Shown piece by piece: positions 47,071 through 58,600 of a DNA stretch of 64,000 bases (its first letter is position 1; the number at the start of each line of letters is the position of its first letter). The stretch is from Psammoneis japonica. Lineage: Eukaryota. The translations under genes were made by a program, and so were the position numbers. The stretch covers positions 248,001-312,000 of the forward strand of contig QPGO01000007.1 in NCBI GenBank assembly GCA_008632985.1, read 5' to 3'. The notes beneath the pieces were generated by a model. The model saw only the letters and a program-made list of their open reading frames with translations, was not told where the DNA came from and did not search any database.

Positions 47071-49062
47071 ATGTGCATCCGTAGACGATACTGCCGGAGA
47101 ACGGTGCTATCTGTCGTTGTTCTTTGGCTTGGAGGCAGTCGGCGCGTTGCTGATGCTTTTGCTACACAATCCACGCGCTTTTTGCAAAGTCAACATTTCA
47201 ATTTTGCTCCATCACCCTTTGTTCGACTTGAAGAAAAATCTTGGTCACCAACGTCAAGAGTTGAGTACGATTTGAATAATGCTCCAACAATACCATGCAG
47301 ACTTCTTACAGTAAAAGTCTCACAACAAAAGAAAACAATCACGACGAACAGCCAAAAACAAAAAGAAACCCGTTTCGACACGCGGTAGACAAGTTTCGTG
47401 CTAGGCCTGGACCTATCTGATTATACCCCTAGTTGCTGCTCTTGTCGGTTGGATTACCAATTGGATGGCGGTGCAAATGATTTTTTATCCATTCAATTCA
47501 AAGGAATTCCGCTCTACATCAAAGAGGAAGTTCCTCTCGGCTTTTTGGGTTGGCAGGGTATAGTTCCCTGCAAAACACGTAAAATGAGTGAGGCCATGGT
47601 AGACATGGTCACGTCTCAGTTATTATCCTTAGAAGAAGCGTTTGGGCGTCTCATCCAAAGCGAATTGCCAAGTTGTTGGCACCAGAGGTACCAAAGTTGG
47701 GGGAAGAAGTTGCCAGCAGTCTCTTGCCAAAGTGGGTGGCGGGTGTCCCAAGAGCGTCGTTCTGGGACTAGACCAGTCGAGCAAGGAAGTTTTATCGCAT
47801 TGGAACTTTCGCTTTTGAAAGATTTTGCGGTACGTATCTGTGGAATATTCCTAACTTCGCTAGGTGACAGCAGTCAGTCTCACGTTTTCTGATCAAAACA
47901 GGTTGCAATGCAAAACAACATTGGATCGCTCTTTAACATTCGAACTGCGTCATTTCTCAAATGCTGGAGGATCGAACACTCTTGGGACAATTGTTTAAAA
48001 AGTGCGGACAAAAGAGCTTGACTTTCTAACGAACAGCGGCTATGGTTTGGCTTTCTACTTGGCTTGATTCAAATGGTTGTCGCATTGTTTTGGGACAACC
48101 CCTGGTCTCTCAGCTTGGGCGGCCTCATTGTTGGATACGCGACAAACTGGCTTGCTCTCAAGTGGATTTTTGAACCCGTCAATCCCACAAAGATTGGTCC
48201 TTGGATCTTGCAAGGGCAATTTTTACGGCGACAAAAAGAGGTTTCCGCGGAATTCTCCAAGTTCTTTGCCTCCCGAGTCTTGACGAGCGAAAAGGTGTGG
48301 CATTCCATCTTGACGGATCCTGAAACCACACCGGCCTTTCATGGTCTCTTTGAAGAGCACTTTACAAAGTTTGTCAACAAGGTGACAGATGCGTTGCGAA
48401 TCAATCCTGGACCAGAAGTAATCGCCGTTGCGGCAGCCGAAGCATTTACCAAACTCCCCAACCACGTGGGTGTGTTGCATGACTACGTGGACAAGACGCT
48501 TGGCCTCCAGGAAACGTTGCGGGTAAGAATGGAGCACATGACTAGCTCCCAATTCGAACGAGTTTTGCATCCAATATTTGAAGAAGACGAACTTACGTTG
48601 ATTCTCGCTGGTGCAGCCCTGGGGTTTGCGGCGGGGCTGATACAGCAGGGACTTGCCACGGGGCAGATTCAACTGCCCAATTTCAAAGAGCTAGTCAACC
48701 AAGTTAAATGTTTTGCCAGTCATCCCCTTCAAAGTACCAGAACAGCGATCGACGCGACAAGGACGAAAATAGCAAAAGTGAGCAAGCGGTGGCGAGATCG
48801 CATTTGCAACCCACGGCAAACAACCGTGGATGCAGTAAACGCGACACGAAGACGAGTTTCAACTTTTGTCAACAAGATACCCCGAATACGGATAGAACGA
48901 AGAGATCCCAAGCCGGTCACTACAAATACGGCAAATGGAGCTTTGATTGTAGAATCAATAGAGGAAGAACAACATAATATTGATCTCAAGCCGAATGGTG
49001 AAGACGCCTCAATTGAAAACAAAGGCTTCGACGTGGATGAAGCGACGGACGAATACTCATAG
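47071..49062 (+). CDS. DUF445/YheB-like membrane protein with signal peptide; frameshifts and an intron near 47832-47902
   Basis: Two repeats of the motif: VGWITNWMAVQMIFYP (shifted frame) ... GWQGIVP, and VGYATNWLALKWIFEP ... QGQFLRRQ. Confidence 0.7.
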
Positions 49063-49141
49063 AGATAAGACATTGCAATGAAGGCTTTGTCGAGTAAGAG
49101 TGCTAAATTACAGTTTCATTTCACATATGGAAATTAAACGT

Positions 49142-50248
49142 TTATTCACTCTTGCGGTAAAGCGACTTCACCACCTCGGCCCAAACACCCTCCATGCCCT
49201 GGTTAGCATTCACGGATCGGACGATACCCTTTGGTTCGTAATGTTTCAGAATGGGCACGGTTTCATTGTGATATCCCTTTAATCGTCTTTCCAATGCTGT
49301 AGCGGTGTCGTCCGGACGTTGCATAAGTTCTTCACCCGTCACGTCGTCCTTCATTGTCGATGGATCAGGCTTGCCATCTGCGCCAAGCTTCATGGACTTT
49401 GGTGGAGCGTATTTGACATGGTACGACCGTCCGGATTTTTTGTGAATCCAACGACCCGTGATACGCTCCTCCAAGACCGCATCTGGCACATCAAGCTCCA
49501 CCACCTTGGTGACGCAAGCTCCCTCTTTAGCCAACATGGCATCCAGAGCCTTTGCTTGCGCAAGGGTACGAGGGAATCCATCTAGAATGAATCCAAAACG
49601 ACAATCCTCTTCTTGGATACGATCACGAATGATACCCACCACAATGTCATCCGACACGAGGCCACCAGCCTTCATGACGGCCTGTGCCTTTTTTCCAACC
49701 TCCGTCTGGGCCGCCACGGCAGCACGCAACATGTCACCCGTCGACAGCTGCGGCATGTTTAGCATTTCCTCAATCTTGGGTCCATGGGTTCCCTTTCCGG
49801 AACCGGGAGGTCCAAACAAAATGAGAATGTTTCGAGGCCAGTACGTGCCAAACTTGTCTTCGACGGCCTTGACTTGGCTCTTGGAAGACCTGAACCAAGC
49901 CGCAGAAGTTTTTTCCTAAGAAAACAAGACAGTAGTGCGATAGAAAATTGAGATCATGATGTAATTTTGAATTTGAGATTCCGGCAGGACTCCTATTTTT
50001 CCTTTTCTTGAAAATGTGAGCAAGTTCAGCTCACTATTTGTCAGTCATTATGCGTGGTCCCAGTACCCGATACATACCTCGCGCGATCCAACAAGGGTCG
50101 AAGCTCCCACCGCCAAACCAGCAGCCGCCAACAACGGAGCAACACGACGAGCTGCCGATTCTTGATTGGCAGAAGCAGTAGATGTAAAGGCTCTGGAGGC
50201 AGAAAAGCCACGACGGGCAGTGATACGAACGGCGTTGGACAACAACAT
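49142..50248 (-). CDS. adk: Adenylate kinase with mitochondrial-type presequence; intron(s) between about 49920 and 50075
   Basis: GPPGSGKGT, LSTGDMLR, GGLVSD, FILDGFPRT, ERITGR, QRPDD. Confidence 0.93.
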
Positions 50249-50502
50249 GGTCAGTAGGCAGGGGCCACGCGAGTTTTTTGTGTTCGCGGAAAGATCTCGT
50301 GCAAAAAAGAGCCTTCTCCTGACACGTCACTCTCTGTCAAGTTGCTGCCTGGCACTGAAAACCTGGTATGAAATCTACGTGGATCTTTTCGTAGAATATT
50401 TAACGTCTTAAACTGCCAATTAACGGCCAAAGTTGGCGCAAAAATTCCAAAAAATGCAATGCGCAGATGCCAGCGAATTGATCGATCATTTCATCTCTGA
50501 CA

Positions 50503-51443
50503 ATGGCGGCAGGTAAACGGATGATTGAAAAGATCACCGCCAGGGTATTTGCATGTCCCGGAGTATCGGGTGGAGGAAACCCAGTCACAATCTTTGTGAA
50601 TCGTCAAGAAAAAGGTTTGCTTCCCGACACGTTGGTGGGACTTGCCAAGAGTTGCAAGTGGGAGAGTGTAGTGGCGCACCTTTCTCCTTTGTCCAATCAA
50701 CCGATACTGTCCTTTTTCATGCCTTCGGGTGAACAAGTTAGCTTTGTGCACATGCTGCCATGGGTGCAGTGTGGGCAGTATACGCTTCGTCCTCTCAAAG
50801 CGTGTCGTCGCGTGAATACCAAACAGCCATGAATGCGGGTGTTGTTGAATCAGCCATGATTAATCACGACAAAAATGAAGTAGGATTACATATGGACACA
50901 GAATGGATAGAAGAAGCAGTAAATGATATGGAAACTTTGAATGAAATGCTTCAGAATCAACTTTGTTGGGATGCAAAACAAGAAAACTCGACGAGTCGCC
51001 CGACCAAGGTGAATTCGTCCGTTGCACGACCAAAGACACTGATCCATGTAAATTCGGTGCAGGAGCTTCACAGCATTGCACCGCCAAGCAATCCTACAAC
51101 ATTTCGAGATTCATGTGACGCGATTGAATCCACCGGTTTGTATCTCTATGCGAATCGAAACAAGAATGATTGGGAATGCCGACAATTCCCTCGAGCATCT
51201 GGCTATCCCGAAGACCCGGCCACGGGAATTGCAGCAGCTGCACTGGCGGTAAGCTTACACAAACGATCTACGAATATTGAGCAACAAATGAGAACGCACA
51301 ATATGTATCAAGGAACCGCCATGAAACGGCCCTCGTTGATACGAATCACAAATATTCAACTAAGTGCTGACAACAGAGTACAACTCGACTGTTTTGGACG
51401 AATTGAAGTGGATGATAGAGAGGAAATACAAGTCGACACATGA
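50503..51443 (+). CDS. PhzF/PhzC-like (diaminopimelate epimerase fold) protein; frameshift near 50746
   Basis: RVFA...GGNP, FFMPSGEQVSF then HAAMGA in the next frame, EDPATGIAAAAL, QGTAMKRPS. Confidence 0.85.
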
Positions 51444-51712
51444 CCTACCAGTAAATGCCAACCCTCCCTCCCTAAAGAGGGAATAGCTCGTTTCTTATGA
51501 GAGAAAGACTCTATGGTACGTTAGAGACTACAACTCATTGCATCATACAAGGTTCTAGAAACCAGCTGGATAGAGGATCGTAGTGGCTGAACCGCTCAAC
51601 TAGCATACCGGGCATCCAGAGGCAGGCATTGTTGTCTCTGGCAATAGATTTGTATTTCGAAGATTTTTTGTGTTTTCGTGGCATCGATTCAATCGATCAC
51701 CATTAATTATCG

Positions 51713-52309
51713 TCACATTAAGTTTTCAACCATGGGACCCACACCTGCAAATAGTTGTTCCTTAACTGGGACTACAGATTCTAACATTGACTCTGCCACA
51801 TGATCCATATATGTGTTTGGATTCTCTCCAGCACAACCAGCCAATCCACTTCCTTTTTGACCTAGCATGATCCCTTCCCACGGTGGCTTGGACAACACTT
51901 GTACAATATCATTATCTGCTGATGCTTCTGGCAATGATGGCGTATACTCTGTATTGTTTGCGGTTTGTTCCAGATGCTTGGCCAGCGCTGCACCAAAGCC
52001 CTGATCAAAGTAATTGGTATTGCCTCGCATGGACCGTACTGCCACCATGTCATGACCGGCTGTCGATACAATCAGTTCCAATCGAGCCTGTTCTTGTCTC
52101 AGCGCTTTTAGACGTTCCGCTTGATCATCCATTTGTTCATGTTGTTGCTGTTGGTTTCCTCCTTCCTCTGTTGCAGGTTCGTGCAAGGATGCTACCGTTA
52201 TTTGTTCGGGAGACGAGCGGTCCAGCAGTAGGTCGCTCGCGTCCTGAATAGCAGAAGCCTTGTCCTCTTCGCCTTTGGAATCCATACATGATGAACATAT
52301 TTGACCCAT
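51713..52309 (-). CDS. Putative lipid-anchored LAMTOR1/Ego1-like protein
   Basis: MGQICSSC myristoylation/palmitoylation-type N-terminus; DLLLD motif; EQARLELIVSTAGHDMVAV resembles the LAMTOR1 core helix. Confidence 0.5.
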   Translation of the reverse strand: MGQICSSCMDSKGEEDKASAIQDASDLLLDRSSPEQITVASLHEPATEEGGNQQQQHEQMDDQAERLKALRQEQARLELIVSTAGHDMVAVRSMRGNTNYFDQGFGAALAKHLEQTANNTEYTPSLPEASADNDIVQVLSKPPWEGIMLGQKGSGLAGCAGENPNTYMDHVAESMLESVVPVKEQLFAGVGPMVENLM

Positions 52310-52746
52310 AGTTTGTTGCTAAGCTGTTATAAGAGTGAGTTGAGTCGGTGAAGGAACGTGTGCTTTGCCTAGACTGTTGTTGTAAGGCTTGTGTAAATGA
52401 ATACCAGTAGCATCTGTTAGTTGTGGCAACAACAACAACGAAGCAACTACAGTAGTAACAGCGCCACAACCACGCTGAACGCACGAGCGAGATGGCAATC
52501 CCTGTAGAACACAGTACATTTTCTACTCGCGCATTGCTTGTCGAGCGCCGCGCGCATGCAAGCAAAAATCAAAATAGAGCACACCAGCTTGTATCAAATC
52601 GGCTTACGAGAACAGCCGTGCGAAAACTTGCGTACCGGTACCGTACATAGGGCCCTCTCTAGAGGTAGTAGGTATGTAGAATCCTCGTAGCCCGTTCATA
52701 CAATCTCAATTTTTCAGTCATTTTTCGCCACAGCGAGACAACCACC

Positions 52747-53531
52747 ATGGCCGACGAACACCACGGCGGCACCGCCGCTCAATGCGGCTGGAACTTTATC
52801 GTTCTCATGTCTCGACAGGGCAAGATTCGTCTTTCCGAGTTCTTCTCCTCGTATACGGAAAGTGAAAAGCGCCGTATCCTACGAGACATTGCGTCCGACG
52901 TGTTGCCCCGACAGCACAAAATGTGCAACATTATTGAAAAAGGCGCCTACAAGTTTGTCTATCGGCGGTATGCGTCTCTTTATTTCGTTGCGGGAATTCC
53001 GCCTGATATGAATGAACTTATAGTGTTGGAACAGATACATTTGTTCGTCGAGGCGTTGGACGGATACTTCAATTCAGGTGAGATCATCACGCGTTGGTCT
53101 CGCAGTCCGTGTAGGCTGTGTATTTGAATTGTAGGAGGATGAAAGGATGAAATTGCTAAGAACCGATAAAGGGTTAAGAGTCTCGTGTATTCAAGTGAGC
53201 AGGCATTTTTCTTTTTACTGTGCAACTCACAATTTTACACTTTTCTCCTCTTGTTCTAGTTTGCGAGTTGGACTTGGTCTTTTCCCTTCACAAGTCTCTC
53301 TTGATTCTCTTTGAAATGTTTATTGGCGGAATGCTTTGTGAGTCCAACAAGCGAGAGGTTTTGAAAGCGATCAATGAAGCGGAAGAGTTGGTGGAGGAAA
53401 TGACAAAGCCCGGTGAAGACACGGCGAGTCAATTGGACGATGGTTTGTCCTTTCAAGAACAGTTCCAATTGGGACGCAAGCCCGGACGGCGAGGAGGTTC
53501 TGGCGGGCAGTCTGGACATCATGGGCGGTAA
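52747..53531 (+). CDS. Adaptor protein complex sigma (small) subunit, AP-1-like; intron about 53078-53259
   Basis: LMSRQGKIRL, KFVYRRYASLYF, NELIVLEQIHLFVEALDGYF, VCELDLVF. Confidence 0.92.
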
Positions 53532-54383
53532 AATGCAGTCATTAGGATTACTCAGTAAAATCTTATTATTAATCTAGCTGAAGCATTACTGTACTGTAGC
53601 ACTCACAATCTCAGTAAGAACTTGTATACAGTACGAAGACAACTACCTCAAAAAGAATTTATCTTCTAGTTTCGCTCGGTGCAGCGCTTCGTTATATCTT
53701 AGACCTAGAAACAGGCTGACGAAACAGTTGAAATTAAATTGCGATGGGTGACGGATAGAGCGACAGAGAGAGGGAGGAAGGCGGCGATTTCTTGAGTTGG
53801 ACATGCACAAATACGACGCCAGAAAACTGTAGAATAGAACTAGATCGAGAGTTCTAACTGCCAATAAATGCCACGCTTCGCCCTGATGCCCTCTACTGTA
53901 TGCTCTCTCTAGAGAGAGTAGCTAGCTCGCATCGAGAATGACCTTGGAAGAAGTGGTAAGTGGTGTACAGCAGAATGACAATAGTGAGTAGTTTTGTGTG
54001 CTTCAAAGACGCACGAAAAAAAGTAAGCAAGTAAGTTCAGCGTAAAGGAACCGATAAAAGGACATGTGAATAGAAGTAAGAGAATGCACAGTGCCCTCAC
54101 ATCAAACATACATAGCATCCGTGAACAGATCAGACAACGCACTAGTACAGTACCGACAACACTGCTGTACACTGTAAGGATTCCAATGATTGATTTTATA
54201 AAGACTTTGTGAAGTGGCCCAGAGCTGCATGATCCACTGTTCAAAGGTCTCGTCCATCATTTCTGTGCCACCTCTTTCTCTTCAACAGCTGCATTTCTCC
54301 CATCCATGACATTGCCAGTGAACTTCTGTCTCTTGATCTGTTTGTCTCTGTTGGGGCAAACAAAGACCGCCTTGTGAGGTCTC

Positions 54384-54834
54384 TCACATGTTGTGATGTC
54401 GTCGGGGTCCTTCTTGGTTGGAACTAAAGGATCTTGATGCGCAAATGTGTTCTTCTTCCGGAAAAAGGCTTGACACAGCTGTTGCGGTCACGTTTCTTAT
54501 GTCTTCTAACCACTGTAATCCCTTTGCTGCTGTTCCACTGTTCAAGGGCAGCCGCTTTCCCCCAATCATGCCATGTCGCTGCCAATGCGAAGAGTGCTTT
54601 GCCCAAGATGTCTTTTGCTCCTTGCCTTCTTCAAGCTCCAAAGACATGAAAAAATCACAAACCGCAACTCCCATCTTCGATTTGTCAACAAAAAGCAAGT
54701 CACCCGAATCTTTGCGAAACATGCACTGTGTGCACTCGTCTTGAAACGTCTCAGGGCTCTCCCCATCGAGTTCAACCTCATGCGGATTGTGCACCAACTT
54801 CCCAATGACTGGTTGAAGATCCTTGTTCTCACCC
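54384..54834 (-). pseudogene. 3' part of the DUF3990-like gene split by the Copia element
   Basis: GENKDLQPVIGKLVHN continues in frame from NREDRIYKG on the far side of the element. Confidence 0.7.
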
Positions 54835-55298
54835 AGTCGTGGTTCGTCTGTCCACCAACCCAGATTCTCTGTTGTGTCTGTACTTCCGTCAGTCGGAATT
54901 CTCATTGAAATTCTTTTCGCGCCACGTCAATCAAGCCGAATGCTTTGGGGATCACAGGCGGTGCTTTGGAGATCACAGGCTTCGCACAGATGTTGGACCA
55001 ACCACAGATTGGTTCAGCAGCACTTGGATGATTGTTGTGAATGTGGTTGAACCTGAAGTTTGCACTGGTCTCTAGCACAAACCTGCGGATCAACCTCTGT
55101 TTGGGTGCATTCAGCAGATTCAGTCTAGGTGGCTCACAATTTGGTCACTGGCACTTTTGTGAAAGACCAAATGCTCGTCACCACTTGTTGGTGGATTCCA
55201 TCTGCTTGTGTTCTGTCTGAGGCATCGATCTGGAGTGGACATCCAGTTGACACGTTGGGAAGGCACTCGGAGCTTGCGCGGACACGCGAGCTTCGACT
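54835..55298 (+). repeat. 5' LTR (464 bp), termini AGTCG...CGACT
   Basis: Direct repeat of 62128-62599. Confidence 0.93.
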
Positions 55299-55634
55299 GG
55301 TCAGTTCGCCCAATTGGGGCAACTTAACACGTTCTACGCTTCTGGTTGGGGACGCCCAAACCAGGGCAACCCTGTCAACAGCTCTGATGCCGTCAGTGCT
55401 CCTCATCAACTGTGCTCCACGCTCTTGATGTCAAGTGCTGCGACTGACTCCGTCAGCTGAGTGGCTGGTTCTGCCAGAAGGTTTGTTGTTGATTTTGCAC
55501 GTGCACCATCTCAGGTCCTGCTCCACCCCGTGGCCCTCCTGAGACCCAAGAGAGTTCTCCGAGCTTGCACTCTTTGATTGAGAACGTCCCAGACGATTGG
55601 TCCGACTCGACAGCTTCAAGCGCGCTGTCGGACA

Positions 55635-58600
55635 TGGCTGACGACCCCGAAGTGTTCGAGGATCAGCCTCCTGAGGATCAACCTCCACCGGGGGATGATC
55701 CACCACCTCAGGACCCTGACGACCCAGACGACGAGCCTGTTCCGCCCTTGGAACATCGCCCGGACGATTCGGATGACAACTCGGATGATGATGATGACAA
55801 GCCCACTGCAGGCTCTGGCATGTCGGAAGACGAGCGTCGCACTGTTCAGGCCATGGCTGCCATGGCAGCCATGGCGATGCCGAAGACGAAAGTCCACAAA
55901 CCCAAGGCTCCTAAGATGGGGGGGTTGTCTCCATTGGTTCTGCTGAGAAAGTTGCTTAGACCGGTGGGAAACCCAAGGCTGACTGGCCCAGATTGGAAAC
56001 TCCCAACTCCAGTCCAACGTCACCAAACCAGCGTCACTCCCACCACGTTTCTTCCACCCAGAAGAGCAAGGCCCACCGCGTTGCCAGACTTTCAACCAAG
56101 TTTGACAAGAAGGGAGATCTTGCAACCTTTGAGAAGAACGTGATGAAGCATCTCAAGGACTGCGGTTTGGATGCGGCAACTTACCCACAGGACCCCGAGG
56201 ACTCAACTTCTGTGACGTCTTGTGTTGAAGGACATCCTCGGTGTTCCAAATCGAGTGTCACCCGTCTTGTCGCACCTCAACTCGCCAAGTGTGACTCCTG
56301 CGATTCATCCAATGACAGGGATGCTGCTGAGTTTCTCAAGAACTCCTTGGAGGCTGGCCCAGTCGCACAGCTGGATCTGGAGACGGAAGAGTCGGATTGC
56401 TTTCCGAAAGTCTGGATGGCTCTCGTCGTGATCCTCCAGAGCACGTCCATCGAACGCTTCAAGCAGCTCGAAAAGCAGCTGGAGGAACTCAAGCCCTCCC
56501 ATTTCGCCGGTCAGGATCTCTCCCAGCTCCTGTCCAAGTTCAAGACTGCGGCCCAAGAGTTAGATGTTGCGGGTCAGCACGACCACAAGCTGACGCTCAC
56601 CTTGGTCAACGCTTGCCTGGAAGCTGGCGGGGATGGCGAAAATGGTCAGCAGTTCAAGCACGCCCTTCGCACTGTGAAAGAGAATTTGAGCGAAGCACTT
56701 GTTGAGATAGCGTGCAAGTCTAAGACGGACGCGAAACGATGCCTTGCGTCCAAGAACCTCACCTGCTCTCAAGTCATTGGGAAGATCCTGGACCGCTGCC
56801 GCTTGTTCAAGAACAACACGCAGTGGGATCCCATCAAGCACGCGACAGACTCCAAAGCCGCTCCTGGAGCCTTTGGAAACCCAGTGCTTGATCCCTCAGC
56901 CACTTGTCAAACGGTTGGAGTTCCACTCACTCAGGCCCAGTTCAATGCTCTCTTCCAGCAGACGGCTGCTCCCCGCAAGAAGACTCCGGAAAACTCTCCA
57001 TGCAACAACTGCGGGAAGCTCGGACACTGGGCACGTGACTGTCCCAACAAGTCTGGTGAGGGTGCTGGCAACAACCAAGGCGCTCAAACCCTGGGCACAA
57101 CGGTGGAGGACAAGGAGGAAGGGGCAGGAACCGCTCCGGTGGCAACGGGAGTCAAGGTGGCAATGGAGGCAACGGCAATGGTGGCGTCGCGCGCAACTGG
57201 AAGAAGGTCGTGCCTCGTCCCGGACAACCTGAGTCCAAGGTTGCTCAGGGCAAGACTTGGCACTGGTGTGCCAAGTGCCGTCGTTGGTCGACCACTCACG
57301 GTGCTGCCAAGCATGGGCAGAAGGATGAGTCACCTCCTGCACCAACTCAGCAGGCCAACACCCTCTTCCTGGATCCTGGAGCGTGGCACGCGGAATTCTA
57401 CTTTGAGTTGGGATTCAAGGACATGCTGCTTGGACTGTTTCAGGTTGTGCTCACCTTGATCCACCCTTTTGCATCTCCGCTGCTCTATGCCACCTTGGGA
57501 TGTTGGCATTCTCAGCTTCTGGCCAACTGGCAGATTGCTGGAGTCAACGCCATGATCTGGTTCATGACGGTTGTTGCGTCGCACGTCTCGTCACATTGGC
57601 ATCTCTATCCTTTGCCCGCCATCTGGTTCCTTCTGCTTCTAGCGGCTGTCTTCTTGCCGTCTAAGTTTGAGCGTGATGCTCGTGCCAAAGCCCTGCATGC
57701 TCCTCCTCCACCCCCTCCTCCCCGCTGGGCCACACGCCAAGGAACCAAGTTCTCTGAGCGCCTCGAACGTTGGGGGCATCGTCGCCTGTGATGGGAGCTT
57801 CAGCCTCGCTGCGGACGCCACCGTGCTCCACCCAGGCATCCCTCTCTCGTCCAACGTGCCCGTGGGGCGCCCAACATCAAGCAGCGGCAGCGCAATCAGT
57901 TGTGTGACCTCAGTGAAGAGGTCAAGGCCTTCGAGCGGTCACTCACCTTCACGCGTGCACGTCCTCTCCTCTGTCGAGAGGGAGAAGCCGGTCGTCCCAA
58001 GGGCACCAGACATCACAAGAGCACCACTCTAAAAAAGGGGTCCCGACGTTCATCATCGAGGTTGTCGGACGCATTGCCCTGTTGGTTCAAATGCTGTGCA
58101 CGGTTTGACGCGCTCCCAGCTTGACGCCATCTGCTCCCCAGCAGCCAAGGCTTGTCTTGCCAATGCTGACGTCCCGTCACCTCTACTTTCTGTTGCCAGT
58201 GCTCTCAAAGCGGCGTTCACGAGTCCCAAGGAGACAAAGGAAGTGGTCAAAGAGCACACCTTCCCGGTCATTTGGGACTCAGGAGCAAGCGCATCGGTCT
58301 CACCTTGCAAGGACGACTTCGTCGGGCCTCTCGAGAAACCACCTGTCGCCACCCGGCTCCAAGGTGTCGCAAAGGGCCTCCATGTGGCAGGCATTGGACA
58401 CGTTGCTTGGTCTTTTGTTGATGTTGCTGGGGTGCTTCGGACCCTGAAGGTTCCGGCCTGCTGTGTTCCCAAGTCCAAGGCTCATCTCTTGAGCACGACC
58501 AGTCTCTTGCAGACGCACTCGGATGAGTCCATCGAACTGCCATCGGACCACACCATCCTCAGTGGATCCCAGAATTACAAACAAGGACACAGGCAAGGTG

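Noticed and set aside
31571..52309. TOR-pathway gene cluster (LST8 plus LAMTOR1-like)
   Set aside because: The genes are 19 kb apart with many unrelated genes between; probably coincidence.
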